From Candidatus Omnitrophota bacterium (lineage in GTDB: Bacteria; Omnitrophota; Gorgyraeia; Zapsychrales; JANLHA01): 64,000 bases of DNA. Below, piece after piece: positions 18,759 through 28,259 of the stretch; position 1 is the first letter of the stretch, and each line of letters opens with the position of its first letter. The notes under the pieces were generated by a model. That model was not told the DNA's origin. It did not search any database and saw nothing but the letters and a program-made list of their open reading frames with translations. The position numbers and the translations under genes are program-made. The stretch is from NCBI GenBank assembly GCA_029560465.1, contig JAKQKX010000069.1, positions 77,021-141,020 of the forward strand, written 5' to 3'.

Positions 18759-19742
18759 ATGATTAGGCGAAAAATATGTGTTTTATTTTGCGTGCTATTT
18801 TTGACGCTGGCTGTCGCTGGGCACGGCCAGGGGAGAGAGCCGGGTGCTGGATTCGTTCCGTCCCAGGGACGGGTGCTTGTTATTGGCCAGCAGAAAGACA
18901 GCATGGAAATATATATCAAAGAGTTCGGGACCGTGCCGGCCGGGTTTATGATTTACACCTCTATTCAGGAACTGAACGGACTCGAGCAGCCTGATGATAA
19001 GGGCGCCGGAGTCGGCCACGGCCAGTATTGGGTGGACACCTATCCGGGGACGGTTCTGCAGGTCGGATTGTATCTGGTGGGGGCTTTGCCGGAAATCCTC
19101 TCCGGACAATATGATGATCATCTCAGGAAGATGGGGGAATGGATCCTTCGAACCCGTCGGCCGGTTTATTTAAGGATCGGGTATGAGTTTGATAATAAAG
19201 ACAACCAGTATGACCCTAAGCTGTATCAACAGGCGTTCCGCTATATCGTGGAGATGTTCCAGAAGCAAGGTGTGACCAACACGGCTTTTGTCTGGCATTC
19301 CACGGCTTATTCGGAGGGCGGAGTTGCCGTGATGGATTGGTATCCCGGCGATGCTTATGTTGATTGGTTTGGGGTTTCGTTTTTTTCAACGCAGCAACGC
19401 AGCCAGGTTGAAGCATTTTGCCGGCTGGCCCGTGAGCACGGGAAACCGGTTATGATCGCTGAATCCGCGCCGGCCGGCCTTTACACAACCAGAGGAAAAC
19501 TGGAATGGCTGAAACATTTTTTTGATTTGATTGAAAAGGAAGATATCAAGATCGTTTCGTATATCAACAGCGACTGGGACAAACTGCCCATGTTCGCGCA
19601 CATGAAATGGGGTAACAGCCGTCTGCACCGCACGAAAGAACTTCGGGACTATTGGCTTTCGCGCGTGCAGAATTCATCCTACCTTGTTTGTTCACCAGAA
19701 CTTTTTATGATCCTGGGTTTTTCTTCAATACCTTTAAAATAG
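18759..19742 (+). CDS. Secreted glycoside hydrolase, GH26-like
   Basis: Signal peptide; YLRIGYEFD acid/base, WYPGDAYVDWFGVS and KPVMIAES nucleophile. Confidence 0.82.
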   Translation: MIRRKICVLFCVLFLTLAVAGHGQGREPGAGFVPSQGRVLVIGQQKDSMEIYIKEFGTVPAGFMIYTSIQELNGLEQPDDKGAGVGHGQYWVDTYPGTVLQVGLYLVGALPEILSGQYDDHLRKMGEWILRTRRPVYLRIGYEFDNKDNQYDPKLYQQAFRYIVEMFQKQGVTNTAFVWHSTAYSEGGVAVMDWYPGDAYVDWFGVSFFSTQQRSQVEAFCRLAREHGKPVMIAESAPAGLYTTRGKLEWLKHFFDLIEKEDIKIVSYINSDWDKLPMFAHMKWGNSRLHRTKELRDYWLSRVQNSSYLVCSPELFMILGFSSIPLK

Positions 19743-19791
19743 TATCCCGGAAGAGCAATAGGTTTTCGGGCGTGCGTTCTAGCGGGGAAGA

Positions 19792-22155
19792 TCATTGAGC
19801 CGTGAGGGCGAGAGGAATTTTAACGAGGCGGTCCGCGGACGTGCTTTCGCAGATATTGGCTTTGATTTGAAGGCGGTTTTCCGTCAGGTGTCCTTCCTGT
19901 ATGAGCAGGGCTTTGAGATTTTCCGCTCTCTGTTTTCCAATATCCTGCAGAACAGCGGTTTCGACCTGATACCTTTCCACAAGCTGTTTTCGGAGTTCTT
20001 TGTAAAAGGCGGCCCTGTTTTCCGCCTTGTCCTGGCCCTCCCGGGCCAGCTGCCGGTATGTGTCGCGCAATTCGGTTAATGGTTTCCATCCGACATATTT
20101 TTTATACATCTGTTCAAGGATAAATTCCTCGGATTTGGTCGATTCCCGTCTCGCCTCAGCGTAGCTATTTTGAAACGCGGCGAGTCTTAACGCGTCCGTG
20201 TCACTTTGTGGGTCGTATGCTCCCTGTATTTCCAGAATAAGTTTGGGCCGATCCAGGAGGGCCTTGGATATCTTCAGGACTTTTTCTCTCTGCGGGCCGG
20301 TTAAGTCGGCTGTCCCGGCCGGAAAGCCGATGTAATCCAGCGGTTCGCTGGATTCTCCTCCTCCCACCAGGCCGGCGAGCATGCTGAACGGGGCGGTGAC
20401 AATTTTGGTGAAAATATTTTTAAACGCCATCAGAATAATATGCTTGAATTCAAATTCCGGCTCCGCCGGATTCCCTTTCACGGGTATCGCGAGGTCAATT
20501 TGCTGACGGCTGTCTTCCATAATAGCCAGGGCCAGCTTAATCGGCACTTTAATGGCGTCGGGGCTGTCGACTTTATTGCCCAGGGTGAATTTGTTTAAGA
20601 TCAGGCGATGGTCTCCGGCCATTTGCTGTGGTTTGATGTCATAGGAGATGTCTATTTTTAAACGCCCCAGGTCGATCGCATATCCAAGATATTTCCCGAA
20701 ATAGGGGGAAAGAGCCGTCATTTCATAATCCTGTAAGGATAAACTCAATTTTTTATCCGCGTCCATATTGAGCGGATAAACATAACCGTTGATCGCCAGA
20801 GTACCGGTGGTATCCAGGCGAGTTTTAAGATCAAAGTCGGTGCGCTGGGCGCTGTGCCCGGAAACAGGGGCCAGGGTCAGGTCCAGGGAAGACACGTTTG
20901 TTTTGAACGGCGGCTTAACGGATTGATCGGTGAAGGAGACGGTCCCGTCCTTGAATTGCACCCGGTTGACCAAAAACTGAAAAGCCGGGTTCGAATTTAA
21001 GGTTCCTGCGGTCCCGGCTTGACTTGGCTGGGCCGGAGGTGTTGGGCCGGGTTTTGCTTCCGTATCGGACGGCCCGGGTGATGCCGGGGCGAATAACCGC
21101 ACGAAATTGATTTGGCCTTTTTCGTCCATGACGGCGGAAATATGGAGTTTATCCAAGAGGATGTCTTCAATGTTCAGGGTTTGGTCCAGGAGGGAAAGAT
21201 TGATATTCTTAAAGGAAAGAGTTTCCCACCCGAAAACGTCCATTTGGGTTTGGGGGTCAAAAATTTTTAAACCTGCCAAACGCAAGGACCCTTTAAAGCC
21301 AGCATTAGGCTGGGCCTGATTCCCTGCTCGGTAAGACATTTCGCCGTTCAGGGACAAGGTCCCGTCCTTAAGCTGCAGGGGGAGGGTATTGGCGATATAC
21401 GGCTGCAGGACGTTTAAGGGTATGGAATGGATATCAATGGTCGTGTGACAGGCTAAGGCCCCGATCGAGCAGGCGCCCTGAACAGCAATCGTTCCCTGGG
21501 GGCCGTTGAGGAGGCGGACCTGTAAGCCGCTGGCTTTGTCGACTCGGGTGGTTAGATGCTCCAGACGGGTGTTGATGGGCCGGAGAGAGAATTCAAAGGG
21601 TGTTTGCGGTGTTTCATCGCGAAAATGGACTGTGCCGTTTGTGAGGCGGAAGGAAGAGATGAGGACCGCTTTGGGGTTTTCCTTTTTATCTTCTTGCTCC
21701 TCTGTTTCGGGTTTTGGAGTCGGCGAAGGGGCGCCGTCGCCTGGTGTGGCAGCGTCCCCGGCAGGCGGTACTAAGTCTAACAGGTTCAAGCGGCCGTCCC
21801 GGGTTAAGACGATGTTGATATACGGCTGGTCTAGAAAAATATGTTGAAACGACCAATCATCAGCCCAAAGGGAGGACAACTGAAAGTCAACGTCCAGTCC
21901 TTCAAACCCGACAACCCGGGTTCCGGATTGGTTGATCAATTCAAACTGCTGCAGGGTGAACCTGAATTGGAAGGGGTCGAAGTGTATCTTGCGGATATAG
22001 ATGTTATGTCTAAGGAGGGCCGGGATTTTATGACTCAGCGTCCAGTGCAGCGCGTACGGCACAACAACACACCCCAGGAAGGCGTAGAATAATATCAGTC
22101 CAATGAAAATATAAGCAATTTTCTTGAGAAATTTTGGCGCTGATATTTTTATCAT
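19792..22155 (-). CDS. DUF748 / AsmA-like repeat protein with C-terminal OmpA-like region
   Basis: N-terminal TM; repeated G.V.F.D...PF segments; LSPYFGKYLGY, LALAIMEDSRQQIDLAIPVKG and LLDRPKLILEIQG. Confidence 0.85.
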   Translation of the reverse strand: MIKISAPKFLKKIAYIFIGLILFYAFLGCVVVPYALHWTLSHKIPALLRHNIYIRKIHFDPFQFRFTLQQFELINQSGTRVVGFEGLDVDFQLSSLWADDWSFQHIFLDQPYINIVLTRDGRLNLLDLVPPAGDAATPGDGAPSPTPKPETEEQEDKKENPKAVLISSFRLTNGTVHFRDETPQTPFEFSLRPINTRLEHLTTRVDKASGLQVRLLNGPQGTIAVQGACSIGALACHTTIDIHSIPLNVLQPYIANTLPLQLKDGTLSLNGEMSYRAGNQAQPNAGFKGSLRLAGLKIFDPQTQMDVFGWETLSFKNINLSLLDQTLNIEDILLDKLHISAVMDEKGQINFVRLFAPASPGPSDTEAKPGPTPPAQPSQAGTAGTLNSNPAFQFLVNRVQFKDGTVSFTDQSVKPPFKTNVSSLDLTLAPVSGHSAQRTDFDLKTRLDTTGTLAINGYVYPLNMDADKKLSLSLQDYEMTALSPYFGKYLGYAIDLGRLKIDISYDIKPQQMAGDHRLILNKFTLGNKVDSPDAIKVPIKLALAIMEDSRQQIDLAIPVKGNPAEPEFEFKHIILMAFKNIFTKIVTAPFSMLAGLVGGGESSEPLDYIGFPAGTADLTGPQREKVLKISKALLDRPKLILEIQGAYDPQSDTDALRLAAFQNSYAEARRESTKSEEFILEQMYKKYVGWKPLTELRDTYRQLAREGQDKAENRAAFYKELRKQLVERYQVETAVLQDIGKQRAENLKALLIQEGHLTENRLQIKANICESTSADRLVKIPLALTAQ

Positions 22156-22236
22156 AAGACGGCAACAGGTATATCCCAGGTTGATTTTCCAGAAAGGCAG
22201 TCAGGCTGGGGCAACCGGAGCGTTGGGTTCGGGTTT

Positions 22237-22650
22237 TTATTTTGATTTAAAAAACTGTTCGAGCCGTGACAGGTTTTTTTCAATCACAGCCAATTCATCC
22301 TCTGAGGCCGTAGACAGTTGCTGCAAGCCGGGAAGCATATCGGGGGTGTCGCTCTTTTTTAATTTTATGATAGTTATGCCGGTAGCGATTTTTTGAAGTA
22401 ATAGCGAGAAACTTTCCGGGGTCAATCCGTGATCCCGGAGCAACTGATCTCGTTCTTCTTTGAATTTTAGGCTCTTTGGAATCGCATTGATATTGTTTGC
22501 GTTTTCTCCATATTTCCACGCAATTTCTTTATATTGGGAGAAAACATTAATGAACTTATTAATAACATCATCATTCAAGACCAAGTCATCCGCAGCGATG
22601 GCGCTGACACACAAGCCCAGGATGCATAACGCCGTGATAAAGATTTTCAT
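22237..22650 (-). CDS. Hypothetical secreted helical protein
   Basis: Signal peptide (VSAIA); AAGGAG RBS; LLRDHGLTPESF motif. Confidence 0.7.
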   Translation of the reverse strand: MKIFITALCILGLCVSAIAADDLVLNDDVINKFINVFSQYKEIAWKYGENANNINAIPKSLKFKEERDQLLRDHGLTPESFSLLLQKIATGITIIKLKKSDTPDMLPGLQQLSTASEDELAVIEKNLSRLEQFFKSK

Positions 22651-22976
22651 GTCATTTCTCCTTAAGGGTGCACTCGGTGAATTTGGCTGTGCCTATGGTA
22701 TCATTAAAAAGAAAGGACGGCAATAAATAACCCTTTTAAAGTATCATGTTTTGTCTGTATAATACAACAAAAAGGCTTGAATGGGAAGAGGGTGTGTGTT
22801 AGCGTAATCATGGTTTGTGGTTCTCTGTCCCTTTTTCACGGAAGTGAAATTAATAAAAAAAATCCGTTTGAAACGCCAAGAATCATTGGACATTATGAGG
22901 GCAGCCGTAGAAAATGGGGTGTGGCTGTCCTTGCTTGCGTACGATGGAGTTATTAAATACTTTCTAAAGGTGTCGT

Positions 22977-24122
22977 ATGAATACGCTTGTGTTAATAGGG
23001 GTTTTGTTTTGCGTTGCGCCTGTGATGGCTCTGGCCGGGGATGTTCCGCAAGACGGAATTCATACACAATATTATGATTCCGGCAAGATTAAAGCGGAAT
23101 ATCGTTATCAAAACGGTCAATTAAACGGCCCGGCGAAGCTGTATTATGAAAATGGGTTTCTACGGGAAGAAGCCTTTTATAAAGAGGGGCGGCTTCACGG
23201 GATTAACAAGAAATATTATACCAACGGGCTGCTTTCCGAACGGATGACGTATAATAACGGTGTCCTTGCCGACGTGCCGTTTAAATTTGAATATGGGGAT
23301 ATCCCTTTACATGAGGCTTTGCCGGTGCCGAGAGAGGAACGGAAGATCAAAAGTTCGGCTTGGCGGATTATGCTCGAGGAAAAACAGGCGGGCGAAAACA
23401 GGTCTGTCGCATTGACAAAATTGGAGGAATTTATCAGGGCGCGGCTTATGTTTGCCGGCATCCTGGAGGTGGATTACACCTTGACGCTGGAGCAGGACCA
23501 AATTTATGTCCGGGTCAACAGTTTATTTGATGCACAGGATTTTGTCCTGCTGTTTTCTTCTCCCGGTGTCCTTTATTTTAAAGGGATAGAATCATCCCCG
23601 GATGTGATCCAAAATAATGCACAAAAAATTAGCCCGGAATACGAATGGATCGAAATTAATCAAGAAAAATTGATGATGGAGAAACGTCCTTGGTTAACGG
23701 TTAAGGCCGTGGAAACCGCGGATTTCCAGGATGCCGGTTATAACAAAAAGAATCTTGTCCTGAAGTTTAAAGAAGCAGAGGCGGAAGTCCTTAAAAAGAT
23801 GACAGAGAAGCATGTCGGGGAGCAAACAGCGCTTGTCGTTGGAGATTATGTGGTTGCGGTTTTGGATGTGAAGCAGCCCCTGCGTGCGGGTGAACTGACG
23901 CTTGGCAGTGAACTTTTATCAGAGAACATGCAAAAGGTGGTGTTTAGCCTTGTTTTTAGTCCGGATATCCCTGTGAACTTTAAGATTGAAGAAATCAGAG
24001 AAGACACCCCTGGAAAGAATCCTTCAGCCCAAGAGGACTGCTCGTGCAAGATGCTCCGGCCCGTAGAAAAGCCCGATGGAAGGGTATCGTTGCGCTTAGC
24101 ACGGTATCTTGCGGTTTATTGA
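22977..24122 (+). CDS. Secreted MORN-variant repeat protein fused to a SecD-like periplasmic domain
   Basis: Signal peptide; three YYxxG...E..Y..G.L.G repeats; the C-terminal LKFKEAEAEVLKKMTEKHVGEQTALVV resembles the SecD P1 head. Confidence 0.65.
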   Translation: MNTLVLIGVLFCVAPVMALAGDVPQDGIHTQYYDSGKIKAEYRYQNGQLNGPAKLYYENGFLREEAFYKEGRLHGINKKYYTNGLLSERMTYNNGVLADVPFKFEYGDIPLHEALPVPREERKIKSSAWRIMLEEKQAGENRSVALTKLEEFIRARLMFAGILEVDYTLTLEQDQIYVRVNSLFDAQDFVLLFSSPGVLYFKGIESSPDVIQNNAQKISPEYEWIEINQEKLMMEKRPWLTVKAVETADFQDAGYNKKNLVLKFKEAEAEVLKKMTEKHVGEQTALVVGDYVVAVLDVKQPLRAGELTLGSELLSENMQKVVFSLVFSPDIPVNFKIEEIREDTPGKNPSAQEDCSCKMLRPVEKPDGRVSLRLARYLAVY

Positions 24123-24386
24123 GCGCCTGTTTTACGGCCGCTGGAGCGAATTGTTGTGGGGGGGAATAGCCGTCTTGGGGGAAGAGATTCCCGATGACCT
24201 GTCGATACCCTGTGCAATATTTATGAAACGATGATGGATGCCCTCCTTATTTCATTAGAAGAACATTCTTTCCTTAAATTTCTTTCATTTAACTTTTTCG
24301 CGCTATTATATCCCCTGGACAGGGGCATTTTTAGAAAACACTATGATACGCAGGATAGCCCAAGCAGGGTTTCTGCGCGTTTTTTA

Positions 24387-24430
24387 TTTTATGCAACAAA
24401 AGGTCCTGGCTGGTTGTCAAAAGGAGTGAA
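24387..24430 (+). promoter_or_regulatory. Putative ECF sigma promoter, copy 1
   Basis: TTTTATGCAACA-N14-GTTGTC-AAAAGG-AGTGAA; same blocks and spacing as copy 2 at 26616-26659. Confidence 0.7.
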
Positions 24431-24459
24431 GGATCAACCAGCAACAACAGGAGGATGTT

Positions 24460-24951
24460 ATGATGAATCATGTTAAATTTGACAGGAAGATTTTGATGAC
24501 AGGGGGGCTGTTAGCGGGCCTCTGCTTGAGTCAGACGGTTAGTGCGGGGGAGATGGAGCTGGCGAAACGCCATGGCCCCACAAGGCATAAGGAGGAGAGG
24601 GGGTGGAGTTCTTATGACCACGGGAGCCACGCTATGCGCTATCCCGATCACAGGCATTATCGCCTACTGTCCCCTTATTTCAATGTTGAAGGGGGAGGGC
24701 AGTTCATTCGAAGCTTGCCATTTCGTACGGAAAGAATATATTTTAACGGGGCGGTCTTTTATTACTATAATGGCCTTTTTTATCGTCCCAAGGATTACGG
24801 ATATATCCTGGTGGCAGCGCCTATCGGGATCTGTGTCGCACGCTTGCCTGCTGTTCATCGCGGGGTTATCCACCATGAAGGGCCGGCGTATGAACATAAT
24901 GGCCATTTTTACGTTAAATATCATGGAAAATATAAAGTCATCGCTCCTTAG
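24460..24951 (+). CDS. Secreted His/Tyr-rich protein (DUF6515-like)
   Basis: AGGAGG RBS, signal peptide; LP....I...G..FYYYNGLFY....GYILVAAPIG repeated twice. Confidence 0.7.
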   Translation: MMNHVKFDRKILMTGGLLAGLCLSQTVSAGEMELAKRHGPTRHKEERGWSSYDHGSHAMRYPDHRHYRLLSPYFNVEGGGQFIRSLPFRTERIYFNGAVFYYYNGLFYRPKDYGYILVAAPIGICVARLPAVHRGVIHHEGPAYEHNGHFYVKYHGKYKVIAP

Positions 24952-25050
24952 CTTTATTGGGCTGCCCCGGCGTGGAGAGAAAGATGCCGCCATGGTTTGT
25001 CTTTTTGATAAAAAATATATAGTTATAAATTGAAGGGACTCCGGGAGAGC

Positions 25051-25605
25051 ATGCAGGAGATACCAGAAGATATTATTCGTGCGGCCGCGCAAGGGGACCG
25101 GTCATCGTTTCGGATCATTTACGACAGATCCAGTGACTACGTTTACGGCTTAGCGGCCCGTATTCTGGGCCAGGAACAGGATGCCGAAGAAGTTACTCAA
25201 GATGTTTTTGTGCAGATTTATCAGCGGTTGAAAGACTTTCGTTTTGAAGCGTCGCTCAAGACTTGGATATACCGGATTACGGTCAATACCGCTTATAATT
25301 ATCATAAAAAAAATAAAAGGCGGTACAAGAGACTTGCGGATTACAGGCAAGAAACCGAGTATGTGGTGTCAACTAGGTCGGGTCAAGAAGGATATGATGA
25401 TGGCAGGGAATCCATCGACTGGCTGTTGAGTGCGCTTCCGCAAGACCAGCGGACATGTATTATATTACGGAGCATTGAGAATTTGAGTTATGAAGAAATT
25501 TCCGAAGTCCTCAAGGTGAATATTAATACGGTTCGCAGCCGGGTTATGCGTGCGAGAGAAAAGCTGATGTCTTTGAAGGAGGTGTTGCGGAATGAAGGCC
25601 TATAA
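25051..25605 (+). CDS. ECF RNA polymerase sigma factor
   Basis: DAEEVTQDVF, FRFEASLKTWIYRITVN and LSYEEISEVLKVNINTVRSRVMRAR. Confidence 0.93.
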   Translation: MQEIPEDIIRAAAQGDRSSFRIIYDRSSDYVYGLAARILGQEQDAEEVTQDVFVQIYQRLKDFRFEASLKTWIYRITVNTAYNYHKKNKRRYKRLADYRQETEYVVSTRSGQEGYDDGRESIDWLLSALPQDQRTCIILRSIENLSYEEISEVLKVNINTVRSRVMRAREKLMSLKEVLRNEGL

Positions 25606-26071
25606 GAAACACGTCAAAAGGTTGATTCTTACAGATTATTTGGATAATCGACTTGGGGAAAAGCAGAAACATGAGATGGACCGTATTATTGCTGAAGACG
25701 AAGAATTAAGAGGCTTCTTACGGGAAGCCCGGAACAAAACGGTTTCGCCTTTTTCTGCTGCCCCTGTTTTTCATGCTCCGGAGAGGATATGGGTTGGCGT
25801 GGAGGGGCGGCTGGCAGAACTTCCGCCGCCGGCGAATTCCCGATTTTGGCCCGGGTGGCTTTTTGATTTGCCGCAATCCCGTTGGGTGTGGGCGGAATTC
25901 GGGTTCGCTTTAGTTTTGATTTTAGCGATGACGTTTGTCCGGACAGGGGGGCAGTCCTTCGCGCGCTATGATAAGGATTCACAAATTGAATATTTGATGT
26001 TTCTGACCCAGGGCCAGGCAGGGGCTGGGGTTGGGGAATCGAAAACAAATATTGAAAAGTTTTTCCTGTAA
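25592..26071 (+). CDS. Putative membrane-spanning anti-sigma factor
   Basis: Overlaps the sigma gene; LTDYLDNRL zf-HC2-like start lacking the HxxxCxxC ligands; a single TM. Confidence 0.7.
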   Translation: MKAYKKHVKRLILTDYLDNRLGEKQKHEMDRIIAEDEELRGFLREARNKTVSPFSAAPVFHAPERIWVGVEGRLAELPPPANSRFWPGWLFDLPQSRWVWAEFGFALVLILAMTFVRTGGQSFARYDKDSQIEYLMFLTQGQAGAGVGESKTNIEKFFL

Positions 26072-26096
26072 AAGATAATTAATAAGGGAGCGGATT

Positions 26097-26540
26097 ATGA
26101 ACAACTTGAAAACATGGTCGGCTATTGTTTTAACTTTTTTATTAGGATTGTCAGGATGGGCTGGGGGAGGCCCAGCCTGGGCGAACCCTAGGTTTGCTGC
26201 CCGGGGCATATTCCTGGCGAAGAATATCAGCAAAGAAGACATGTCTGTCCTTTATGAACGGCTGAATTTGACTGAAAAACAGCGGGTGCAATTGGAAGAA
26301 AATCGTAAAAGGCATCATGAAAGCATGAAAGCCCTGTCTGACCAGCTTGTTTTTATGCGTCAGCAGTTGAATCAGGCGCTAGAAAAATCGGTTTTAGACA
26401 AAGGCGAAATAGACCAGATTAAAGCCCGGATGGACCGTTTGCAGTTAGAGTTGTCCGACCTGCGACTGAAAGGGATTTTGGATGTCCGGGCCATCCTTAC
26501 CCCGGAGCAATATGAAATATTTTCAGAAATTTTGCAGTGA
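26097..26540 (+). CDS. Spy/CpxP/ZraP-like periplasmic protein
   Basis: Signal peptide; LNLTEKQ and ILTPEQ (LTxxQ motifs). Confidence 0.85.
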   Translation: MNNLKTWSAIVLTFLLGLSGWAGGGPAWANPRFAARGIFLAKNISKEDMSVLYERLNLTEKQRVQLEENRKRHHESMKALSDQLVFMRQQLNQALEKSVLDKGEIDQIKARMDRLQLELSDLRLKGILDVRAILTPEQYEIFSEILQ

Positions 26541-26615
26541 CGCGTTGCCCTGCAGTCTTTCTCTTTTCCAGGGATAATTCCCCCCGCTCTTCCCCGGTTT
26601 TTTCATTTTTTAAAA

Positions 26616-26659
26616 TTTTATGCAACATATTTTTATTGTCTGTTGTCTAAGACAGTGAA
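26616..26659 (+). promoter_or_regulatory. Putative ECF sigma promoter, copy 2
   Basis: TTTTATGCAACA-N14-GTTGTC-TAAGAC-AGTGAA. Confidence 0.7.
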
Positions 26660-26708
26660 AATAGGCGTATCATTTAATGTTTCCGGTATTAAAGAAAGGG
26701 AGGTCCGC

Positions 26709-27098
26709 ATGAAAAGGATTGTCACAATGATTTTGGTTTTAACGGTGTTTTTATCATATCCCGTTTCTGCCTTTGCCAGTCATTGGGATAAGGCCGGGAA
26801 AGCGTTGGCGGTCATTGAAGGATTGCGCGTTTTATCGGGAGGGGACATTGATGTGATTGGAAACCTGACCGGGATTTCCAGGACGGATTATCCGAGGGGC
26901 GTCCCTCCGCGCACGATGGCGGGCCGGAGGGATTGTTCCAGAAAGGTTTGGGTGCCGCACTATAAGTGGGACAGAAGATATGTCCCGGAACATGAAGAAT
27001 ATGATGAGACTCACGGACGGGTTATTGTGGAAGCTCATTTTATTAGGTTTAAGGTTGAGAATGGGGGGCATTGGGAATATGAATATTATTGCGATTAA
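26709..27098 (+). CDS. Hypothetical secreted protein with WVP.H/GHW motifs
   Basis: GGGAGG RBS before ATG 26709; signal peptide (VSAFA); KVWVPHY...YVPEH...GGHWE. Confidence 0.7.
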   Translation: MKRIVTMILVLTVFLSYPVSAFASHWDKAGKALAVIEGLRVLSGGDIDVIGNLTGISRTDYPRGVPPRTMAGRRDCSRKVWVPHYKWDRRYVPEHEEYDETHGRVIVEAHFIRFKVENGGHWEYEYYCD

Positions 27099-27259
27099 TC
27101 AACTGAAAGAGTCAATCGCCGCTAGTTTCAGATTTTGGAATTGTACTCCTCCCTTTTGAGGTTATGGGACAGGTCAATCTTGTGCTTGCCATAACCCGTC
27201 ATTTTCTATTATAATGACGTTCAAAAAAGTTTTATATTCACCAAGAGGGAGGAAAGGTT

Positions 27260-27790
27260 ATGAGCAAACAGCTTGGTCCCAAAACCCAACAAAATTTAAG
27301 AACGGCTTTTTCCGGCGAAGCGCAGGCGCGTAATAAATACACGTATTTTGCTCAAGTGGCGAGAAAAGAAGGGTATCTTTATATTGCGAAAATTTTTGAA
27401 GAAACCGCGCAGAATGAGTTAAGTCACGCCAAAGATGAGTTTAAATTTCTGAATGGTCTCGGCGATACGAAAGAGAACCTTAAGGCGGCGATGGAAGGGG
27501 AAATGTACGAAACCATGACGATGTATCCGGAGTTTGCCAAAGACGCGGAAGCGGAAGGGCATAAAGACGTGGCGTGGCTTTTTAAGCAGATCGCTAGAGT
27601 CGAGCAGGAGCACGCCGAAAGGTATAAGAAATTATTGAAGATGGTGGAAGAGGGCACCGTTTACTCCCGGCCTAACCCGATCAAGTGGAAATGTGGTGTC
27701 TGCGGGTATATTCATGAAGGGACGGAGCCTCCACCAAAATGCCCTTGTTGCCAGCATACGAAAGAGCATTTTGAACCGGAAACCATTTGA
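27260..27790 (+). CDS. rbr: Rubrerythrin
   Basis: AFSGEAQARNKY, E..HA di-iron motifs and C-terminal WKCGVCGY...CPCC rubredoxin-like site. Confidence 0.95.
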   Translation: MSKQLGPKTQQNLRTAFSGEAQARNKYTYFAQVARKEGYLYIAKIFEETAQNELSHAKDEFKFLNGLGDTKENLKAAMEGEMYETMTMYPEFAKDAEAEGHKDVAWLFKQIARVEQEHAERYKKLLKMVEEGTVYSRPNPIKWKCGVCGYIHEGTEPPPKCPCCQHTKEHFEPETI

Positions 27791-27825
27791 TTTTTAGAAG
27801 ACACAATGAAGAGGATGGCTAGGAA

Positions 27826-28197
27826 ATGATCAAATTTCATGTTTGTCAGAAAAAGTCTGTGGGCTTCTTTGTTTTTTCGGTTTTAGGAATGGCTTTGTTG
27901 TTGGCGGCAGGGGGCTGTTCTTCGGTCCGGTACTCGTCACGGACGGACAATTACCTGAAAGCCAAGGGGCTGTTTGAAGGCGGTCGGTATGAAGAGGCGG
28001 CGAAGTATTATAAGACTTATCTTGAGGAATACCCGGACAGCCGGTTACATGAAGTGATCTTGTTCCGCCTGGGACAATGTTATCGGCATATGAATGATTT
28101 GACGGGCGCCCGGTCCTCTTTTCAAGCCCTGGTCGAGCGTTATCAAACCGGTTTTTGGGCCGATCAAGCCCAGGAAGCGTTAGCCGAAATCCCTTGA
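27826..28197 (+). CDS. TPR lipoprotein (BamD/CpoB-like TPR pair)
   Basis: Lipobox AAGGC; YEEAAKYYKTYLEEYPDS and FRLGQCY...FQALVERY. Confidence 0.75.
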   Translation: MIKFHVCQKKSVGFFVFSVLGMALLLAAGGCSSVRYSSRTDNYLKAKGLFEGGRYEEAAKYYKTYLEEYPDSRLHEVILFRLGQCYRHMNDLTGARSSFQALVERYQTGFWADQAQEALAEIP

Positions 28198-28259
28198 TGC
28201 GAGAGCGCAAGAACCCTCGCTATTCCTAACGGTGTTAAAGCTTGAAGAGGATACGATTT

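Noticed and set aside
24542-25092. Alternative-frame and antisense ORFs of 163 aa and 142 aa over the DUF6515-like gene
   Set aside because: No RBS or recognisable motifs; the 24460 frame has an RBS, signal peptide and family-like pattern.
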